From: Eledone cirrhosa
Taxonomy: Eukaryota
Assembly: GCA_964016885.1 (NCBI GenBank)
Contig: OZ024742.1
Location: 48,794,001 to 48,858,000, forward strand
Length of the DNA: 64,000 nt
Reading direction: 5' to 3'
Shown here: one piece after another, positions 56,900 through 64,000 of the stretch
Layout: each line of letters opens with the position of its first letter
Position numbering within the stretch: the first letter of the stretch is position 1
The notes under the pieces: generated by a model
What the model saw: the letters and a program-made list of their open reading frames with translations, nothing else
What the model was told of the DNA's origin: nothing
Databases searched by the model: none
Translations under genes and position numbers: made by a program

Positions 56900-58200
56900 C
56901 TTAGATAACTTTGATACTTTTTGGCCAGTAAATGTCTAAATTAATAACACCATTTCAAATCATGATTTAGACACCATTGCCCACTCAAGCAGAGAGTTAT
57001 TGGATTCGGAAACATATCTGGGGGTAGGAAGTTTATCCAGGATTTCTTGGATGAATTTGTCTAAAGACCTTTTGAATTTTATGCGATCTTTTTCTGTTGT
57101 TTCTGTTTTTGGTGTAACGTTAAAAGAGCGGGACCAACTGAGCTGAAATAATTTTGCCGTAATGTTGTTATGAGATGTGAGTTTGTTTTTGTTGTGGGGG
57201 GATATCTTGGGGCTCAAGATGATGCCAATGAAATGTGAACAATGGTAATGGAATATTTTCCCTATCATGGAGATAATGTATTGCTCAGAGTGATTGTTAG
57301 AGTGAGTAGAATTTGAGTTTTTCTAGTCGATCTCAATAGTCAAGTCCTGCCATGTCATCTATCTGTTTTGTGATTGACCTTTGAGGTGCTTCAACTTTCA
57401 TAATACTTTGTTTCGTGTTGGGAGACCACATTGGACAACATTAATCAATGTGGTGGAGGGAAAATTAGAGAAGAGAAGGAGAATGGTGTGGATATCTCTC
57501 GACTGGGAAGTACTGAGAACCCAGGAACACATGGTGCGGGCCATGTCAACTTTTCTAGTTATGTGAGTAGCCCAGCTTATGTTATCATCAAAAATTACTC
57601 ACGGGATTCCGGAGTTGTATGCTATGAGGGAAGAGAATATGATAGATTCAGTGCATTCTCTCTTAGTTCGAAGTTATCCTCGTTCAGCAGCATATTGGTT
57701 ATCGGGGGGTTTTCTTCACTCATTGGATAACAGCAAATAGACCTGTTTGAAAGGATTTCCGGTCTCCCACACTATTGATGACATTCTGTAGTTTTGAAAT
57801 ATCTGTAAAGATTCATATGTTGCTGTGCTTGATGATGTCGATAATATAATTGATATAAATGTTTCTACTTTTGGCACAAGTCCAGCAAATTATCCAGTGT
57901 ATTACTGGTACTTTATTTTATAGAACCCGTAAGGATGACAGGCAAAGTTAACCTCGGCGGGATTTGAACTCAGACTATAAAGGGCCGTAACTGGTCTGAG
58001 TTCAAATCCCGCCAAGGTTAACTTGCTGATATAAGTAATGAAGATAAGTGAGCCCATCTGAGTGTCATTTGGGTAGCCACTGATGACTTTGGTTAGGCTT
58101 GATTGTACGCCTTCGTTTGTAACATGCTGGACTCTGTTTGGCAGGAAACACTTGATCCATTGCAGTTACTTTCGAGATACACCAATGTATATATATTGAG
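56900..58200 (-). mobile_element. CR1-group LINE 3' part (same family as 381-2190)
   Basis: VISGYPNDTQMGSLIFITYIN (decayed SGVPQG..GPLLF motif); FKRSLDKFIQEILDKLPTP..NNSLLEW; same ..atcaaagtta 3' end. Confidence 0.8.
57859..58026 (-). mobile_element. tRNA-SINE with inverted 5' duplication and 8-bp TSD, nested in the CR1 RT
   Basis: TSD tgatataa at 57851-57858 and 58027-58034. Confidence 0.85.
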
Positions 58201-58764
58201 TTTTAAATCGTTTACTTCCACACCGGTAGAAAAATAAGCACAGGATTTAAGTTGAAAATATAATTTAATTAATCTATTTTTACAAATTACTACGTTGGTT
58301 TCAAAACATTTCATTTTAATAATGGTTTTACGATGTAAATAAAACAAGATGAAACATTAGATTCCTTTTAGCAATTAATTTGTCACAACATAATATTCAA
58401 CGCCTTTTCTTATCATGAAATGTTTTCTTTCTCTCATATTCTCTCACATCGACAGTGCAGTTTATTTCTATGACAGTACATGTGATTTCTCTTGTCACAA
58501 ACTTCTATTTCAGGCTTATTAACTTTGCATTCCTTAGAACGTTTGGTGTTTTGATTTAAAAAAGAAGGTATTACGTATATCCATGCATCCATACAATTCT
58601 GAATCAATACACGTCACGTGACATTTCCAAACTTATTACTTCAGTTAGCAACCATATTTAAACTTAACCTCATCAAAACACAAACTAAAGCTACACGAAT
58701 ACGTACGCATATTCATACATTCATACATTACACATACCATATGCATATAAATATATACATATAG

Positions 58765-58904
<140 letters not shown>

Positions 58905-59599
58905 TCATACCATACATACAATGCATCTATATACACATACTCAGACGCACGCACATACTTAACTCTGGCCGATCGGTCGGTTGAAACGTCCAAATCATTT
59001 ACTTAAAAGCCAGTCAACCGTATAGCTGTATTGGACATGAAAAGCAAGGAATCATCGACTTCTTTCTGCCTTCTCGAATTCTCCGTATTTGTAACAATAC
59101 ACAACTTATCAAGATTTTCAGATATTGCTTCCGATTTTGTTTTCCTTTTTTTTGTGTTTTATAATTCTTACTATTTTATGGGTTTTTTTTTTTGTTTCCT
59201 TCAATTTTCTCTACTTTTTTCTCTCAGTTCTATTCTCTATACATCTTCCCACCAATTCCACACCCACCTCCACTTTCTATGCTACTTTCTCATTGCTTTG
59301 CTGTTGTTTTTTGTTTTTTTTTATTGTTGTTTTTTTTTACAATTCTAAGTTCATATTTGTCTTCAAACTAAGCTCTTCAGAATATATTAACTGAAGAATT
59401 TCTCCAACGCAGCAGAAAGAATGGAATACACAACGAACTCACACACACAGACGCACACATATACACACACATAGACAGATACACACATTTACGCACACCC
59501 ATTCTCACACACGCATACACATATACGCACAAATACACACACATATACACACTAATGTACAATGCACTGTGACAATAAATATGTATATGTATATATAAG

Positions 59600-59696
<97 letters not shown>

Positions 59697-59782
59697 TTAT
59701 ATATATACATGTGTATATATATATATATATGTATATACATATGTATACATATACACATATATACATATATATATATATATAT

Positions 59783-61575
59783 AGTCCCAAGTCTGCTACG
59801 TCGAAAGTTAGTAACGTTTTAAAACTGCTACTCGTAGCATGCACCACGGATAGTCACTGGCATCCAACCCCAACTATCGTGGCCTTCTTGTGTGGCCTAC
59901 CATGCAAGCCCTGTACAACTGTTCCTATTGATCGGAGAAGCTTCTCAAGCGGGTTCAGAGCACCGCGAAGCTGCTACTTGACAGCTCTGATGGGCAGTCC
60001 ATCTAAGAGAAGGTAAGCGTATTTTAATCTTCCGCTTCTTTGCGGCTATACCCACCTACACAAAAGGCTTCTGGAGTAAACCCCGAAGATAAATCTAGAG
60101 CTAGAATCCCTAAGACAGTTCGGTGATATATTCAGCCACGTGTTGGAAACTACTGAACCTCCACCGGACCAAGTTATATTGATTCCCGCTGTTTCCCTTG
60201 GTGAGGGGAGACGTACTACATGGACGACTATCGATCTTCCATAAAACACTGGCCAGGCCTGCAGCCTGGAGAAGACATTCCAGCCTCACATAACCACGGG
60301 AACATTAAAACGGAAAGCAGCCGTCTACCGGTTATAATCCTGCACATATTCAGCGTGAGCAAATTGCCGGCGCCTGCGTGTGATGGACGGAGAGGCCATT
60401 TTGTCTCACTGAACAGCTAACGCCTACCTCAAGCTAAGCAGCTCCCAACCAGTTAGGTGCTGTCCGGTTCAAACCCGCCTGCTCAACGAGGATACTAATA
60501 TCCTGAATCGTTAGCAGTAAACACTTCACCAAAATTCAACACAGAAACAATTAAAGAAATTGCATTCATACTTGGATGCTCGAATATATGGATAAGCGAC
60601 ACCCATGAAACAGCAATGATAGACATTGAACTGATACTTCTAGTAGACATTGCATTGCTCCGGGAACCGCAGTTCCCAGATTTGGGGATCCTTCGTGGTA
60701 GACAGAATGCCTTTTCCAGTCAAGGGAAATGCATACACGAGGTCAGAGGGGACTGTGTCGCCTTTGCCGTGAGGAACTCTCTGTTCAAGATAGTGGAATT
60801 CAGCTGCTATGGTTTGGAGTGGATCCTCTCACTCCGATTGCACACTTCAGATGGGCCTGTCAAATTGCCAATGTTTATACACCAAACATTTATTCCAAAC
60901 AAGAAGACAATGACAAATTTTACGATGAGCTTTCCAGGAAAACACAGGTGATGCAGGTAGGTTAAATGGTAGTACCTAGAGACTTCAACGTTAAAGTGGG
61001 AGTCATTCACGACTCCTAGACAGGGTGTCTTGGATAGTGAGGGGTAGGCTACATAAATGACAATACGCAGTGACTGATGCTTGAGCTCTGTGTACTCCAT
61101 GGAATATGTGTCAGTATCACTTACTTCCAGTTCAAATCTCAGCACAAACTTTACTAGAGTTATCCCCACCCAAAACACAATCACCTTAGAAACCTGCTGC
61201 TGACTAAGTCTTTTCAGAACACTGTATGTGACACAGTTCAGTCCCTGGTTTACTGCTATCTCAGACATCAACTGAAGATAATGCACTACGCCAAACCTCC
61301 AGACAAGCAGCGTATCAATACTACTGCGACCCAGGAGACTGTCAAAGAAGTTGCATTCCTTACGTCACTGGATGACGCCCTCCATGTAGACCCACGGGAA
61401 GATAATGTCCAATAGAAAATGTAAGTCTCTCAGGGACATCGTCCATAGCATTGCATTGAAGACCTTCGGGAAGAAGCGAAGAATAGCATGTGACATTTTG
61501 CGGGGAGCGCGAATGAGCCCAGTGCAACAATGGAAGAGATGTGTATTGCCCTGTTGATGCACAAAACCCTACGTA
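59783..61575 (+). mobile_element. RTE LINE 5' half (5' UTR and APE), degenerate
   Basis: gggcagtccatctaagagaagg UTR motif; DIALLRE, VAFAVRNSL, ANVYTP..DKFYDEL, DFN.KVG. Confidence 0.8.
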
Positions 61576-61620
61576 ATATATAATAATAATAATAATAAAA
61601 AAAAAATAAAAAAAAAAAAA

Positions 61621-61676
<56 letters not shown>

Positions 61677-62447
61677 GGGAAGAAGACACACATGGTGGAT
61701 AGAAGGTCGAGAAATTGCTCCCGTAAGTTTTGATTTTTAACATATTTAAATCATTTGTGAAATAACAATTCTTAGTACAAATGTTACGTAAAGCATCCGG
61801 CTTGAGCCCAAAAAAAATTCGGACCCAAAATATATTGTTATAAGGCTCAAATATTCAACTTTGTATTGTACATTGTATATTCAAAAAAGAAAATGGCTAT
61901 ACATGGAAGAAGAAGAACCCCCCCCCCCCCCTTCCTCTGTCTACACTATATAGAACAGCCAAACAACAGCAATTTCACCAACACCAGAAACTAGATACAC
62001 CACCTACCCCATCACCCCTCTGTGTACACTAAACACAACAGCCAGATAACGGCAATTTCACCACCACCACAACAAATCTCAACATAATAATGATAATAAT
62101 AATTACTATTATTATTGTCCCAAGTTTTAACAAAATGTTTAATTCCAACATTAAGGGAATTTATGTCAACACATGTACGCGACTAGCCCCATAGAATCAC
62201 CGAACGGACATCAGTAACGACAACGCCATCACTACAGTCACCGCCGCCGCCGCCCATCCATCATTACTACCACAATCCCATCACCGCCGCCACCACTCCT
62301 TCATTGCTACCACTGCTACCCCCCCCCCCCCACTACCTTCTGTTAACTTACGAAAGGGGAGGATGGCGATATCACTAGACAATATTGATAAACAAGATTA
62401 ATATTTAATTTTGGATCAGGAATGTTGGAGTCGAAAATGGCAAAATG

Positions 62448-62863
62448 ACTAAACGACTACAGATTATTATTTCACCACCAATACCACCACCACTGCCACG
62501 ATGAAAACTCTGGTCGAATCGACTCAAATTTATACCCCAACTACAACACCATCACTACAGTAATACGACCACATCACCACCACTACTAAACGACTACAGA
62601 TTATTATTATTTCACCACCAATAACACCACCACTACCACGATGAAAACTCTGGTCAAATTGACTCAAATTTATACCCCAACTACAACACCATCACTACAG
62701 TAATACGATCACATCACCACCACTACTAAACGACTACAGATTACTATTTCACCACCAATAACACCACCACTACCACGATGAAAACTCTGGTCAAATCGAC
62801 TAAATTTATACCCCAACTACAACACCATCACTACAGTAATACGATCACATCACCACCACCACT
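62448..62863. repeat. Three tandem copies of a ~137-140 bp minisatellite
   Basis: Units start at 62448, 62585 and 62725 (actaaacgactacagatta..). Confidence 0.92.
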
Positions 62864-63378
62864 GCGTTAGTATCGCTACCGCTGCTATTCTCTCCTATTA
62901 CCTCCTGGTGCTAGCACAGCAACGCCACCACATTGTAGAATTCCTACTAAAAAAGAGGAAGGCAGCAAAATATATAGATAGACTCAAAAGGAAAAACAAA
63001 AATCAAAATCAAAGCAGCACAGCAACAACAACAGAAAAAAAGCAGCCAAAAAAAAACAAAAACAAAAAACGTAAAGAAAGTAAGAATGAGGAGAGAAACA
63101 AACGGACGGACAGAGAAGGGAAGGGAAAAACTAAGTCAGACATGCGAACACTACATTACAATGAAACTTATGCTTATTCATTTTGGGGGTTTTTTCTGCC
63201 TGTTTGTTTGTTTGTTTATTTGTGTTCGTCTACAGCGTGATAATGCCACACAAGAGCCACGTGGAGCGACGCAACCACCGGAGACGGTGAATCCACAGGT
63301 CGTTATGTAACCATACATTCGCCAATCCTCGATAAGAGTGTTTAAATGTCGAACCTAAACAGTTCGAATAACGGTGAA

Positions 63379-64000
63379 ATGGAGACTAGAACGTCATGTG
63401 ACAGACTCTCACCCAACAGGTGCTCCCTGGCTCAGCAGCAGGGGCCTGGCTGTCAACCAAATACTGCTGGTGTCGGAGGAAGAAGAAGAAGGAAAGGGAC
63501 CAGAACCAACTGGACGAAAGAATTGAATAGAACTGTTATGCAATGTTACCTGAAAAGTAACCCCAAGGAGAGGGGCTATAGGAAACGGATGCATAACATC
63601 TGGAACGAGATTGGTCTATTTAAATTAGATGAACAAAAATTGGCCGGGCAGGCTCGGGTAATAAGAACTAATGGGTGGATAAGCGAGCTGGAACTGGAGG
63701 AACTGAGCAGAGAGATTAGCTTGGAGATGGAGGGTGGAGTATGCCAGGCAAACGAGCCAGTGGGAAATGAAGGTGAAGAGGTCGAGAGAACGGAGGAACC
63801 ACCCGAAGCAGACAATGATCTGAATACTGAGATAAATAATACCTCGAACAGAGATACGGCCACTGAGGAGATGAATGCTGACGGGCTAGGACAAGATTTG
63901 GTTGACATCCTAAATTTAGTGGTAGATGAATTGAACAATGATAGTGGGAGACCTATGAACCTAAGACTTGTAGACAGGAAAAAGTTAAAAGAAACAACAG
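63379..64000 (+). CDS. R4/Dong-clade LINE ORF N-terminus, open to the window edge
   Basis: Manual translation from ATG 63379 has no stop: ..WTKELNRTVMQCYLKSNPKERGYRKRMHNIWNEIGLFKLDEQKLAGQARVIRTNGWISELELEEL..; absent from the ORF track, probably because no stop falls inside the window. Confidence 0.85.
   Translation, partial: METRTSCDRLSPNRCSLAQQQGPGCQPNTAGVGGRRRRKGTRTNWTKELNRTVMQCYLKSNPKERGYRKRMHNIWNEIGLFKLDEQKLAGQARVIRTNGWISELELEELSREISLEMEGGVCQANEPVGNEGEEVERTEEPPEADNDLNTEINNTSNRDTATEEMNADGLGQDLVDILNLVVDELNNDSGRPMNLRLVDRKKLKETT

Noticed and set aside
59840-59920. HDV-like ribozyme at the RTE 5' end (ggcc-ttcttgtgt-ggcc)
   Set aside because: Only a P3/L3-like piece is visible; P1, P2 and P4 could not be assigned
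62448-62863. CRISPR-like array
   Set aside because: Whole units repeat without unique spacers; eukaryotic context; no cas genes

Overview
AT-rich eukaryotic DNA with no recognisable host gene; it reads as intronic or intergenic. It is probably from an octopod cephalopod, an inference from the very dense (TA)n/(CA)n microsatellites, one abundant tRNA-derived SINE and the LINE mix. The window is a graveyard of retroelements: CR1-like, RTE, R4/Dong (one with an uninterrupted N-terminal ORF running off the right edge), Tx1/L1 (one near full length), two Penelope-like GIY-YIG fragments, a hAT-Buster transposase relic and about 15 SINE copies. The most striking signal is non-coding. More than a dozen small elements sit between (TA)n tracts. 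Many carry minimal Penelope-type hammerhead ribozyme (HHR) motifs (CUGANGA or variant core, stem II, GAAA, palindromic stem III). They recur as fold-back palindromes centred at or just 5' of the ribozyme, or as terminally redundant or circularly permuted 314-703 nt units. This looks like a multi-family, microsatellite-associated retrozyme or non-autonomous Penelope system. All family assignments come from remembered motifs, not database searches, and element boundaries are approximate.
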